From positions 1,054,001-1,118,000 of the forward strand of contig BQFW01000009.1 of NCBI GenBank assembly GCA_020891255.1: a DNA stretch of 64,000 nucleotides. The letters run 5' to 3'. Of this stretch, positions 46,535 through 58,835 are shown piece by piece. The notes under the pieces were generated by a model, which saw only the letters and a program-made list of their open reading frames with translations, ran no database searches and was not told where the DNA came from. The position numbers were made by a program, and so were the translations under genes. This stretch comes from Entomortierella parvispora E1425 (lineage: Eukaryota > Fungi > Mortierellomycota). How positions within the stretch are numbered: position 1 is the stretch's first letter; each line of letters begins with the position of its first letter.

Positions 46535-48782
46535 ATGAACCCTCACGACCCCTCCCAGCTCCCCAAGAAAAGCGACGGAAAGACGCCCCATGTTATGATT
46601 GTTAGGTTTTGGTGCTGCGAAAGTTCCTGCTGCAACACTCAAGCAGTAGACTGACACACTATGAAATGCCCCCACTCTAGGTAGGTGCAGGTATAGGCGG
46701 ACTTCTTTTGGCCATTCTCTTGGACAAGGCCGGCATCCCTTACGAGATTTATGAACGTTCTCCAGAAGTTAGGGCCCTTGGTAAGAGGCAAGCCCGACTT
46801 TTTTCGACATTTTGAAGTGACATCGAACAATTGTGAAACTTAACTCTTGTTCTTGGCCTCTCTAGGATCTGTTATGTCCTTGAATTCCAACATCCTGGGT
46901 GTACTGGAGCAACTTGATCTCTATGAAGATTTCAAAAAGATTTCGCTTCCCGGCAAAGAATTCAACCTCTTCTACGGCGACATGAAGCAAATCGTTAACC
47001 TTGACTCAAGTGATGTCGAGGAAGCGTAAGTATCCATTCGCAAATTGTTTAAGCAATGGCAGGTATACCATGACGACAATCCCTCTGATCAAAGAATATT
47101 CCATAATAGTGTTGGGTACGACTACAGACTGTTTGCAAGACCTGACTTCTATGCACTCCTTCAGTCCCGTGTGCCTACGGAAAAGATTCACTTCAACAAA
47201 AAGGTTCTCTCCATGCAGCAGAACAAGGAAGGTGTCATGATCCGCTGCGCTGATGGTACCACATACCATGGAGACATCTTGGTCGGTGCTGATGGGGCTT
47301 ACTCTGCTGTTCGACAACACTTGTACCGCACCTTGAAGGACCAAGGTGTGCTCCCGGAATCTGACAAAAAGGATCTTAGTAAAGCATACATTTGCCTCGT
47401 CGGAGTGACTTGTGTACTTGACCCGATCAAATACCCCTATGTCACGAAGGAGCACGCCATCCAGCATTCAATGATCGGGAAAGGCACTCGCTACACGGTA
47501 AGCTTGCGGTTCAGTATACGCTCGTTCACTCGTTTATCGGGATCCTTTGGTCCACAAGTCGCTCAACTGACAAACCTCAATGACTTTCTAGTGGACCATT
47601 TTTAACGTCCCCGGGAATCGAATCTGTTGGGTCGCAGTCGCACAGTTGGCCACTTTGGCAGAGGCAGAGTTGCTCAAGTTCCGCAACTCGGAATGGGGTC
47701 CCGAGTCCAATGCTGAAATGATTGCTGAATGCAAGGACTTCAAACTGCCCATTGGAACAACACTGGGCGACCTCATCGACCAGACTCCCAAGGACAAGAT
47801 ATCCCGCGTGTTTTTGGAAGAAAAACTGTTTGAAACGTGGAGTCACAATCGAACGGTCCTCATTGGAGACGGTAAGCATACGATTGTTGATCGATGGTGC
47901 CGATGAGCAGAGGATACAAAACTAATACCCTCAATTCTCTTGGTGCCACAAATGAATCACCATCATAGCCGCCCACAAGGTATACCATTTTATCCAAGGA
48001 TGATCCAGAAGAAGCATCAACTGGACTATACCTCTTTCTAACCTGTATCTTCTTTGAACAACATATAGCTCCTCCCAAGTGCAGGTCAGGGTGCCGTGTG
48101 CGCCATGCAAGGTAAAAGGCACTTGAACAAACTGCAATGCCAAGCATCTCATTTATTCATACAAGTTACCTCATTATATACATGTACAAAGATGCCGTGA
48201 TCCTTGCTGGTTGTCTTTATGACCTACCCTCCCTCTCTCCGGACTCGATCCAGGCCGCACTGCAGGACTACCAAGATCAACGCTACAGGTACGAGTGAAC
48301 CCCGGAGCTGCAAGATAAAAAGGCAAGCTAACCTGAAGCTGAATCACTAACCGGATGATGTTTCTGTGCGATAACCGTTTAGCCATGTCAAAGAACAATT
48401 TGAAATCAGCAAAACCAATGCCATCTTTTTGCATGGACAGGTAACTGGAGGACATGGAAGAACCGAATAGTGCTCTAATGATCAACTCAAGCCAAATAGT
48501 TGTCTAACTTCGTCGTCTTTTCCTCGTGTTCAGTCGCTATATGAAAGAATCATTCGTTACGCTGCCTTCAATCTCATTCCCAGGTCGATTAAAAACAAGC
48601 ATACTCTTCGAGGCGCGGCTTACAGACCTCAGGTCACCTTCCTTCCGAGAGCCCCCAAAAGAGGGACTGTCAAGGAGGTCCCACAAAAGCCCTCTGTCCG
48701 CTACGCCAGGGAGCAGGAGGAATCCAAAAAGACGGCTGCTGTTGAAGCGACGGTGCCAACGCCGTCCACCGAAGCTGTGTAA
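46535..48782 (+). CDS. M5: group A FAD-dependent monooxygenase
   Basis: Same exon structure as M4; shorter N-terminus MNPHDPSQLP; microexon 47969-47979; stop TAA 48780-48782. Confidence 0.9.
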
Positions 48783-49597
48783 TGGCTGGTATGATGTACT
48801 TGCCAGCTCACTTTTTACAGAAACAACCTAAAAGAAGATGAGGAGCCATGGAATATTGGAATGAGAAATAAAAATTGCAATCAACGTTTCGTCCAATGTC
48901 GTCTATCTCTCCCAATTGTCGACACGAGGACCCACAGTCACAGCGTGCCTATCTGCAGTTGCTCTTCTCTTTGGATCGCGGTGTGGATCCTGATCGTAAT
49001 CTCCTCACTCTGATCGCTCGACTCTCCTACGCCCAGACTCTTCCATCCCTCGACTCGTCAAAAGATGAACGATGAGCGGAAAGAGAAAAAACCTCACTCT
49101 TCCATCATCATCCCAAATCTGTTTTCGCTGTGGCATGGGCTCCCAACGGTGTCGCTTTTGCTCTTTGCTGGACATGCTTGATCATCTTCACCGGACCACA
49201 CCAGGCTATCTACCAAGAAAATGCGGGCCGCGTTCACGTCGCGTGGCATCCTGCAAGTCGACACGCGCGTTGCAAGCGATACACGTCCCTAGAAAGGCCA
49301 TGCAGCTCCGCCATTGCATTCCGCTCATCTTGCTTCAAGTCCATCTGCAGCATGCACTGAGATGAGGTGCACTCATCTGCTCTCGAACAGGACACTGTAG
49401 ACATGCCTCTGTGCCCAGGGAGGACAAACCGCTCTGATTGTGCGACCATGGCCATCTGTTCTCTTTCCAATTAGCGGTCCACAATGGCTTGCTCGATATT
49501 CTTCCCTCAACCCTTCCTCCCATCTCCCTCATCTCTCCATCCCTCATTCAAATCGCCATTCATCCATTCCTTCTGCCCTCGATCTTTCTCCATCGTC

Positions 49598-51850
49598 ATG
49601 AATCCCCACCGTGCGCCCAAACCTGTCGATGAGTTTGACGACTCTCCTATCAAGCACCCCTCCCAGCTTCCCAAGAACAGTGATGGGAAAACTCCCCATG
49701 TCATGATTGTAAAGTTGCAAAGTCCGTGGGATTTATCTTAGTACCCTCACACAGTAAACTGACGCCATCGTTGAATGCCATCACTCTAGGTTGGCGCAGG
49801 TATAGGTGGTCTGTTTTTGGCCATTCTCTTGGACAAGGCCGGAATCCCTTACGAGATTTATGAGCGTTCTCCAGAAGTCAGACCCCTTGGTATGTAGTAG
49901 ACAGAGCCGGATTCTTTCAATATCTTAGGCGATAAGTCATGCTAACGCCTGCTTCTGTTCTTGGCGCATCAAGGGTCTGTTATGGCCTTGAATTCAAACA
50001 TCCTGGGCGTACTGGAGCAACTTGATATCTATGAGGACTTCAAAAAGATCTCGCTCCCCAGCAAAGTCTTTAACCTCTTCTACGGAGACATGAAGAAAAT
50101 CGCTACTCTTAACACCAATGATGTGGAAGAAGCGTAAGAGCCCGTCCATTCAGACAGAGATAGCTCTACTATTAAGAGAAAACTGATCAAACATCATTCT
50201 TTAATATGATAGTGTCGGGTACGACTATAGGCTGTTTGCAAGACCTGACTTCTACGCACTCCTTCAATCTCGTGTGCCCGCGGAAAAGATTCACTTCAAC
50301 AAAAAGGTTCTCTCCATGCAGCAGAACAAGGAAGGTGTCATGATCCGCTGCGCTGATGGTACCACATACCATGGAGACATCTTGGTCGGTGCTGATGGGG
50401 CTTACTCTGCTGTTCGACAACACTTGTACCGCACCTTGAAGGACCAAGGTGTGCTCCCGGAATCTGACAAAAAGGATCTTAGCAAAGGATATATTTGCCT
50501 TGTAGGAGTAACATGTGGACTTGACCCGATCAAGTACCCTTATGTTACGAACGTGGACTCTGTCCAGCATTCGGTGATTGGAAAGGGCACTCGCTACACG
50601 GTAAGCCTGATTTTCTGTATCTCCTGGATCACAAGTCGCTCAATTGACAAACCTCAATGACTTTCTAGTGGACCATTTTTAACGTCCCCGGGAATCGAAT
50701 CTGTTGGGTCGCAGTCGCACAGTTGGCCACTTTGGCAGAGGCAGAGTTGCTCAAGTTCCGCAACTCGGAATGGGGTCCCGAGTCCAATGCTGAAATGATT
50801 GCCGAATGCAAGGACTTCAAACTGCCCATTGGAACAACGCTGGGTGATCTCATTGACCAGACTCCCAAGGACAAGATATCCCGCGTGTTTTTGGAAGAAA
50901 AACTGTTTGAAACGTGGAGTCACAATCGAACGGTCCTCATTGGAGACGGTAAGCATACGAACGTTGATCGATGGTGCCGATGAGCAGAGGGTACAAAACT
51001 AATACCCTCAATTCTCTTGGTGCCACAAATGAATCACCATCATAGCCGCCCACAAGGTATACCATTTTATCCAAGGATGATCCAGAAGAAGCATCAACTG
51101 GACTATACCTCTTTCTAACCTGTATCTTCTTTGAACAACATATAGCTCCTCCCAAGTGCAGGTCAGGGTGCCGTGTGCGCCATGCAAGGTAAAAGGCACT
51201 TGAACAAACTGCAATGCCAAGCATCTCATTTATTCATACAAGTTACCTCATTATATTATATACATGTACAAAGATGCCGTGATCCTTGCTGGTTGTCTTT
51301 ATGACCTGCCCTCCCTTTCTCCGGACTCGATCCGAGCTGCGCTCCAGGACTACCAAGATCAGCGTTACAGGTACGAACGCACGCAAACTGTAAGGAATCT
51401 AATAGGATGCAGCACTAACAGGATGCATTTGTGTGGATCATACTCTCTAGTCACGTCAAAGAGCAATTTGGTATCAGCAAGACCAACGCTATCTTCCTGC
51501 ATGGACAGGTAATCAGAGAACATAGAAAGGGCGAATGTAGTTGTAGAGGCCAGCTCTTGTAAAATACTTGTCTAACTTCCCCATCTTATCCGCATGTACA
51601 GACGTTGTCTGAGAGACTCATTCGTTACGCTGCCTTCAATCTCATTCCCAAGGCGATTAAAAACAAACAGTCTCTCAGAGGTGCGGCTTACAGACCTCAG
51701 GTTACCTTCCTTCCGAGAGCCCCCAAAAGAGGAACTGTCAAGGAGGTCCCACAAAAGCCCTCTGTCCGCTACGCCAGGGAGCAGGAGGAATCCAAGAAGA
51801 CGGCTGCCGTTGAAGCGACCGTGCCAATGCCGTCCGCTGAAGCTGTGTAA
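49598..51850 (+). CDS. M6: group A FAD-dependent monooxygenase (near-identical to M4)
   Basis: MNPHRAPKPVDEFDD...; exons and most introns almost identical to M4; microexon 51046-51056. Confidence 0.9.
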
Positions 51851-52048
51851 TGGCTGGTATGATGAAGTTGCCAGTTCTGCCTTCAGCGCGACAGTAAGAT
51901 CAATAATTTTTTTTTAGGAAACAACCCAATAGACGGACAATTGCGTTTCTTCCATGTCATTAAAAGATTCATTATTATAAGTATTGGGAAGGGATGTAAG
52001 TGAAAATGGTGGCATGCCATGCCATATGCCATATCTAGTCTCTCCTTG

Positions 52049-54257
52049 CTACCGAGAGGAAGTGTCGCTTGAGCCTCCTTCAAAGACCGTTGCTGGAGCA
52101 GAGTCTGATGGATCTGTGAGCTCATATTGCTCCACGTGCTTCTTGATTGTGCTTGCATTGTCGGGATCGTGGACATTGCCCTCAATATCGCCCGTCTTTT
52201 CAACATCCGAGTTAGTGCTCTTGAGATGATCCGTGTTGGGATTGACTATAATGGTCACGACCAATCCAACAGCAGCGATGATAGCGTATGTGTAGAAAGC
52301 ATCGCGATAGCCTGGCAACAGCTGAGCACCGACAGCAAAGGGCGAGTTCTTGTTATTGGCGACAATGTTGGCAATAGCGATACCAATTGGGGCTCCCACT
52401 TGGATACTCGTATTAAAAACTTTTTTGAAGAGAGAGAGAAAAAAAAAGGTGTATGCTGTGTTAATATTGCCTTTTTTTTTTTGCCATAATATGACAGCGA
52501 AGTCCCAGATGTCTTGAATTAAGAGAATTTTGTTTTTGACTTACTTGCACCGACGACACCTTGGTCCTCGTCTGCAGCATCTGCGACTGAGTTGATCTGA
52601 CAGCAAAGCCAAATGCTGACCATCCCAATGGCATTGACGATGAGGGCAGGGAAGGGCACAGACCAGTACGAGTTGTCGGCCTTGAGCTGGGCCCAGATGA
52701 CACCAGAGGCGATAATGAACAACCAACCCACAATGGTGATAATCTTTGTTCGGACCCTGCTGATGGCCACAGACAAGACACCGATGGAGGCCATGGAAAA
52801 AACACCATGGGGAATAAAGGCGACAGAGGCATGAAGGGATCCGTAACCAAGAACTTCTTGGACGGCCAAGGAGACGTAGTAGAAATGAGCATTCAAGGCG
52901 GCCATCATGATCAGTGCGGTTGCGCAGGCACCGACGAGACGACGGGATCGCCAGATGTGAAGGGGCATGATGGGATAGTCAATCTTGTACTCAATAAACA
53001 CAAACACCACCAGCAGGACGAGACCGACCAACAGGGGCGCCAAGGTCTTGGCTACGGCCCAACCAGCGGTGGGTCCTTCACTCAAGTAATAGATAATCGT
53101 GACGATCCCGACCGTAAAACAGCTTACTCCCATAAAATCGATGCGTCGGTCTTGCACGTTTCCGTGTGCCTTGTCTGATGGGATGACAAAGAAACCAGCC
53201 GTAGCCAATATGAAGCCGATGATACCAGTGATATAAAAGATCCATCTCCAACCTAGTACCCAATTCAAAAAAGACGGGAGGCAAAAATTAGAACGGAATG
53301 AACAAAAAAAAGAAGGGGAAGTGAGGAAAGTCGAGAAAATTTCGGCAACAAAAAAAAAAAAAAATCGCTGGTTGACCTCTTACCAATTGTCGATCCGAGG
53401 ATACCGCCCATGAGAACGCCCACGACTGAGCCAACGGCCCCCGTGCCGCCGAAGATGCTGCCCACGTGACGAGGAACCAATGTACATGGTGAAAAGGGCG
53501 ATGTTGGTGAAGGAAAAGAGGTGTAGAATATTTGTCAGATGGTCGAAAAAAATTGTGCGTAGACGAAAATTTCTTGCGAGATTATTTCGGTTGTACCTGA
53601 GCGCGCGTGTTCTTTCGGGTCCGACAGGGTAGGTCGTGGTCAAGATGGCAAGGGCACTAGGGACGGTGAAGCCAGCTCCCATGCCTTGAAGAGCGCGACT
53701 GATCGATAACATGACGGGAGTGTGAGAGAATCCATTGACGATGGCCCAGATCGAGAACCAGGTAACGCCAATGAGGTAGATGTTGCGGTGCCCAAACACG
53801 TCGCCTAGGCGACCTCCCAATAGCAAGAACGAGCCATAGGCAAGTGAATAGGCAGAGGATATCCTATTGTTTGATCAATGGAGTTGAGGATGTATTGCCC
53901 TGTTAGAGCTGCTCTTGATGATAACGCTGGATGGGTGCTGATCGACGGGATGAGAGAGCAAGAGGGGGCGGGATGATTGAGAGGAGGGGGGATGGGTGAA
54001 CAAGTAGGAGCAGTCAAAACGTTCCATTTCTGGCTCAAATAAAAAAATATAAAAAAAAATAAAAAAAAAACGAACCATTGAAGCTGATCGATCTGGAACC
54101 CAACGTCGCGCATTACGTCTGGTAGAACGATGGTGACACTGGCCATGTTGATGATGTCAAGCATCTGAGCAAAAGAGACGATCGCCAAAAGCAGGCCCTT
54201 CATCTCTTGGATACGCTGACGAAGAGGCAATCGAGGCTTGCCTGTTGAGATGTCCAT
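52049..54257 (-). CDS. MFS2: DHA2-type MFS efflux transporter, inverted paralog of MFS1
   Basis: GLLLAIVSFAQMLDIINMASVTIVLP, GGRLGDVFGHR, GWRWIFYI, PIMPLHIW, GAPIGIAIANIVAN; same intron positions as MFS1. Confidence 0.92.
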
Positions 54258-54277
54258 TGCAGGTGATAGAACGGAGC

Positions 54278-54390
54278 GTGTGGGTGTGAATGAGAGTGTG
54301 TATGAAAGTGTGTATATCTTTTGTGTGTGTGGTGTGGGTGTCTTTGTCGTGAAGGAGTGAGTGGGTGTGTATGTGTTTGCGTGTGTGCAG
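54278..54390. repeat. Imperfect (TG)n/(CA)n microsatellite immediately upstream of MFS2
   Basis: Run of gtgtg/gtgtgtgtggtgtgggtg units just 5' of the MFS2 ATG. Confidence 0.55.
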
Positions 54391-55006
54391 TTAGGGTGAT
54401 GAAGACGGATACACGTTTTGCATGCAAAAGATCTTCTCTTATTACAGCTGACCTTTATACAAAGAACATAAACCAGCCGAGCCGCGAATGGATCCCCGCT
54501 CTAGAAATAAGGGATCCGATCCGTGAGGCCCAGGGAGCCAGGTGTCTGACGTGGTCCTAGACCAGAAGAGTGCTGTGGTGATCAAGATGCTGAGCTTGAA
54601 AAAAAAGCCATAAATGAGCAATGAGAGGCGCGTCTTGCGCGGACAGTCAAACAAAAGCTGCTGATTGCCCCTGGCCCTGTCGGGAGTTGACTCAGCCGGA
54701 ATTGCCGAGTACTGTATTTTTATCGCTCCTCTTCTTCCCTTTCACAGTCAGGCACAGGGGCATGCATCTTGATCACCGCGCAGTTTGCGCCTCTCCCTCC
54801 CTCTCCCGATCAGCTCTCTCCCGATCAGTCCTCACCCAAAGAAGCTCCCAATGCCAAAACCAGTTAAAGGATGACCGCAGTAGGCGCTGAAATTTACTTC
54901 TTGGAAAAAAGCTACGTAACCCCGATCCTCATTCACTGGAGGAGAACAAAACAGGTTTTTTTTTTGGAGGCAGGGCAATATGGTTCATCTCTATCGCTGC
55001 GACGGT

Positions 55007-56976
55007 TTACAGTCTGCGGATACATGCTCGCTCCTCGATCCTCCTTTTCTCCTCCTCGTACCTCTTTGAAGGCTTTTGCGGCAGAATCTTGCCCGTGCCA
55101 CGTTTAGCTGCCTGGGGCAAAAATGCGATCTGAGGTCTGTACGATGGATCCTTGCTCCAATCTCGCTTCATCACAGAGTCCGGAACCCAGTTGAAGACAA
55201 TGTATCTCAAGCTTTTCTCAAAGACCGTCTATGGATAGGAATGAGATCAGAAAACGAATTCAGTCTTGTATTGCAATTGACGGCGCGATCGATCTCCCTT
55301 TTTTTTCTCATCACGCATACTTGGCCGTGCACAAAGAGCGCATTGGTCTGACTGGACTCGTAGAGGGTTTTAACATGTGGATAGCGCTGCTGTTGATAGT
55401 CTTGAAGAGCTCTCTTGATCGAGTCTGTGTCCAGAGATTCGAGTTCGTAAAGACAGTTGGTCAAGATAACAGCATCTAATAAGGCAACCAGTGTGAATAA
55501 ACATGGGACGTTTGACACTGAGAATTGGAAATTGGAGGCGGTGCATGTATTTTTTACCTTGCATGGCACAGACAGCGCCTTTGCCAGCGCTTGGGAGGAG
55601 CTATACAAAGTACGCAGGCACAACATGGTCAATGGATATACATAAGGGTCTTGACAAAAAAAAAAAAAAAAAAAAAAACTACGCTTCCATTCTCACCTTG
55701 TGGGCAGAGTCTCCCAGCAAGACTGTTCGTCCATGTGTCCAGCTCTCAAACAACTTGTCGTGAAGGTACACTCGAGAGATCTTTTCACGAGGTGTCAAGT
55801 TGAAGAGATCCCCGAGAGTGCCACCACAAGGGGCTTGAAAGTCCTTCACCTGCTCCATCATCTCTTCACAGTGTTCTGGTCCCCAACGACGACCGCTAAA
55901 CTTTCCATTCTCAGTTTTGGCAACAGTTGTATACTGGGAGATAATGACATAACAAAGACGATTGTCGCGCACGTTGAAGCATGTCCACTATGAACCAGTC
56001 AATGTCAAAGTCAGCACCTGCTGCTCAGTTATACAACTTTTCAGACTGGCAGATCAAACTTACAGAATAGGGCGTTCCGTCTCCAATAACTTGCAATTGA
56101 TCAGTGTGTTGGTTTTTGACAAAAGGGTATTTCTCAGGATCCACACTGTCTGTCGTGCCGACGAGGCACGAATAGCCTATGTTCAGCTCTATGTCGTCGG
56201 CGGGGGGCAAGATATCCAGGTCTTTAAGTGTCTTGAGCAACTCTCTTCGCACTGCACTGTAGGCCCCGTCAGCACCCACGAGAATGGACCCATGATGGGA
56301 AGTCCCGTCTGCAAAATGAACTGTCACCCCATCCGTGGTCTCCTCAGATGAGACAAACTTCTTGTTGAAATGAATCTTGTCGGCTGGGACCTTTGCCTGA
56401 AGAAATTCGTAAAGTTTGGGACGGGATAGTAAGCGATAGTCATACCCTGTCCTATAAGCAACGATCAGAACAAGAGTGGGGAGGCTCTTTAGATTCCTAT
56501 ATCCAATTGAAGGGCAGTGCGGTACAGTGATGAAAAAAAAAAAAACATTACAATCTCTCATCCAAGGTAGGCACATCAAGGATCTTTTCCATCTCGCCGT
56601 TCATGATCTTCAAGCTTTTGCATGGCAGAGAAATAGACTTGAACTCCTCGTATATACCAAGCTGCTCGAAGGTAGGTAGGATGTTGGAGTTCAGCGCCAT
56701 TATCGAGCCTAGGGTCAGAACGTGAATGAAGGAGATCGAGTCAGGTTATTCCTCCGCTTTTGGTCGCGCCTTTCCATGCTTGGCAAAACTCATCAAAGGA
56801 AGGTAAAGACGCATACCTATAGTCCTGACCTCTGGGTCCCTCTCAAATATTTCGTATGGAATCCCGGCCTTGTCAAGAAGAATGGCGAGAAATAAGGCAC
56901 CGATACCGCCGCCGACTATTAAAACTGAAGGAACTGGTCGTTCTGTGGCATGTGGATATGAAGGGTGGGCGGTCAT
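55007..56976 (-). CDS. M7: divergent group A FAD-dependent monooxygenase
   Basis: MTAHPSYP...VLIVGGGIGALF, SRPKLYEFL, LVGADGAYS, VLLGDSAHK|LLPSAGKGAVCAMQ|DA, YRPQIAFLP. Confidence 0.88.
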
Positions 56977-58835
56977 TTTGCCGAGTCGATACGCAGGTGG
57001 AGTGAGCGAGGATGGAGAAATGATGAAATACGGTGGTGGAGTGAGTGAGGAACGAGAAATGATGAAAGAAGCAGAATAATGAGGATCGATCCCTGCTTTC
57101 AATCCCTCGCCCCCCTTCCCCTCACCATCTCGGACATGGCCGAAAGAGGACACGCCTGAGCCAACATTGTCCACAATGCGTCCGATGTCTCACAATCCAA
57201 TAGATCCACAAGTGCTCTCAAGCATTTCCGTCGGGTGGCGCTGCAACGCCCGAATCGCTACGCATTTCCTTGAACCGTGCGATCCAAACTACAGCTTATC
57301 TCAGTACAGTCCTTTAGGTGTGTAGATTCCAGTGTTTGTCGAACATCAAGCGTGAGGACTGGCGACGCGACCCCTTGGATACAACCCGAACAGACACGGC
57401 GGTGAACATGCAGCGTCAGAATGCAGCTGTAGCAGGGCATCACGTCCAAGTCGCGTTTCCCGTGAGGTTTCCACTAGTTGCATGATAATAACGCGAGAGG
57501 CCCTCTTCCATGCTTGTTGCAGTCCGCGAGAATGACCTTTTTTCGTCTCGTTCAGTCCATGAATGACAGGTTGACCTGGCAGCGAAATGACTAATCGAAT
57601 CTAATCTTGTCGCGAGTCATGGTGTCGTTGGTCCTGCGGCGGTTCTTCCAGGCGTGGTCGTTTCAGCATGATGAAATAGATGGATGATGGAATGATAGAT
57701 GAATGAATGGATGAATGAATGAATGGATGAGTTGAAAGAAGCGCGCATCTGCTGCCTTCACGGCAACAGGGGAACATTGGCCTGACCCACTGCGTGTGCC
57801 CCGTGCGCGCCACCAAAATGGTTTCTTCACTTGTTCATTGGGCTCAATTCATGACCCCACACATTTATCCTTATTCCCTGTCCTTGTCCCCACTTCCATC
57901 TACCTCCCCCTTTCCTGGTTGCATTCGTTCATTTAAAGAGTATCACTTGCGCATGGCACTGTGCGCATTCTACAAAGAGCGGATATTTATACAATTGATG
58001 ACTATTTCTACCCATTTTTGCTCGTTCACACATGAAATAAACAAGAAGAGTGTTCACGATGCTAGTACGAATAGCAGAGATAGATAGAGAGACTGAGAGA
58101 AAGAAGAGTGAGGAGTTCTTCATTATTATTTAGATCGAGTATAAAATAAAATAAATTCTCAAAATCGAAACCAACTCATCCGGGATGAGGACACAGCTCA
58201 ACTCTTCCCGAGGGCATTCTTGGCCTTCTTCACAAACCCAAGCGACCTGAAAAGGCCCTGTCGGTGTCGCAATATGTGGTACAGAACTACCATACCTCTA
58301 CATATTCTTCACTTGCAGCGTGAGTCAATTGTTCAAAGGGTCCTGTCGTGACACCAAACCGCAATGACAGCCAAAAACTCTCTCAAGAGATGAAAAAGAC
58401 AGAAGCACAAGCGCCATTGAGGACTGACAGAGGATTGGGACATGTTGCGGTGTGATAGACACGCGAGCAAAGAGCGAGTGGATGTCTGTTGCTGGCCAGA
58501 GAGGCCGGAGAGATGAACACAGAAAGAAGCCCACGCAAAAAAAAAAAAAAAAAAAAAAAAAAATTAAAAGTGGACGGAATGCGTCCGATCGATCGGCTCG
58601 CAGGTCGACGGACCGTCCGCGTGGAGTCAAACGGATGGCATTTCTCCGCCGGACAAAGTGAACCTTCAAGAGAAACCTTCGTTCGTTCTTCGTGCCTCTT
58701 CGCGGGACGGGCAACCCAACCCTGCTTGTTCTTTTTATCCTTTTCTACCCCACTGCATTCATTCTCATCCCCCTCCTTTTCAATCACCCTTCCTCATCCT
58801 TCTCATTCTCACTCTCATTGACATTACTCACACCA

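Noticed and set aside
16418-56976. Treating the ABCB gene, MFS pumps and monooxygenases as one secondary-metabolite cluster
   Set aside because: No NRPS, PKS or terpene synthase in the window, and the ABCB gene is separated from the island by DBP4 and MYSM1.
57250-57820. CT-rich leader followed by a short minus-strand ORF MLKRPRLEEPPQDQRHHDSRQD and Cys-containing fragments
   Set aside because: Could be a gene relic, but no recognisable homology or consistent splicing; insufficient support.
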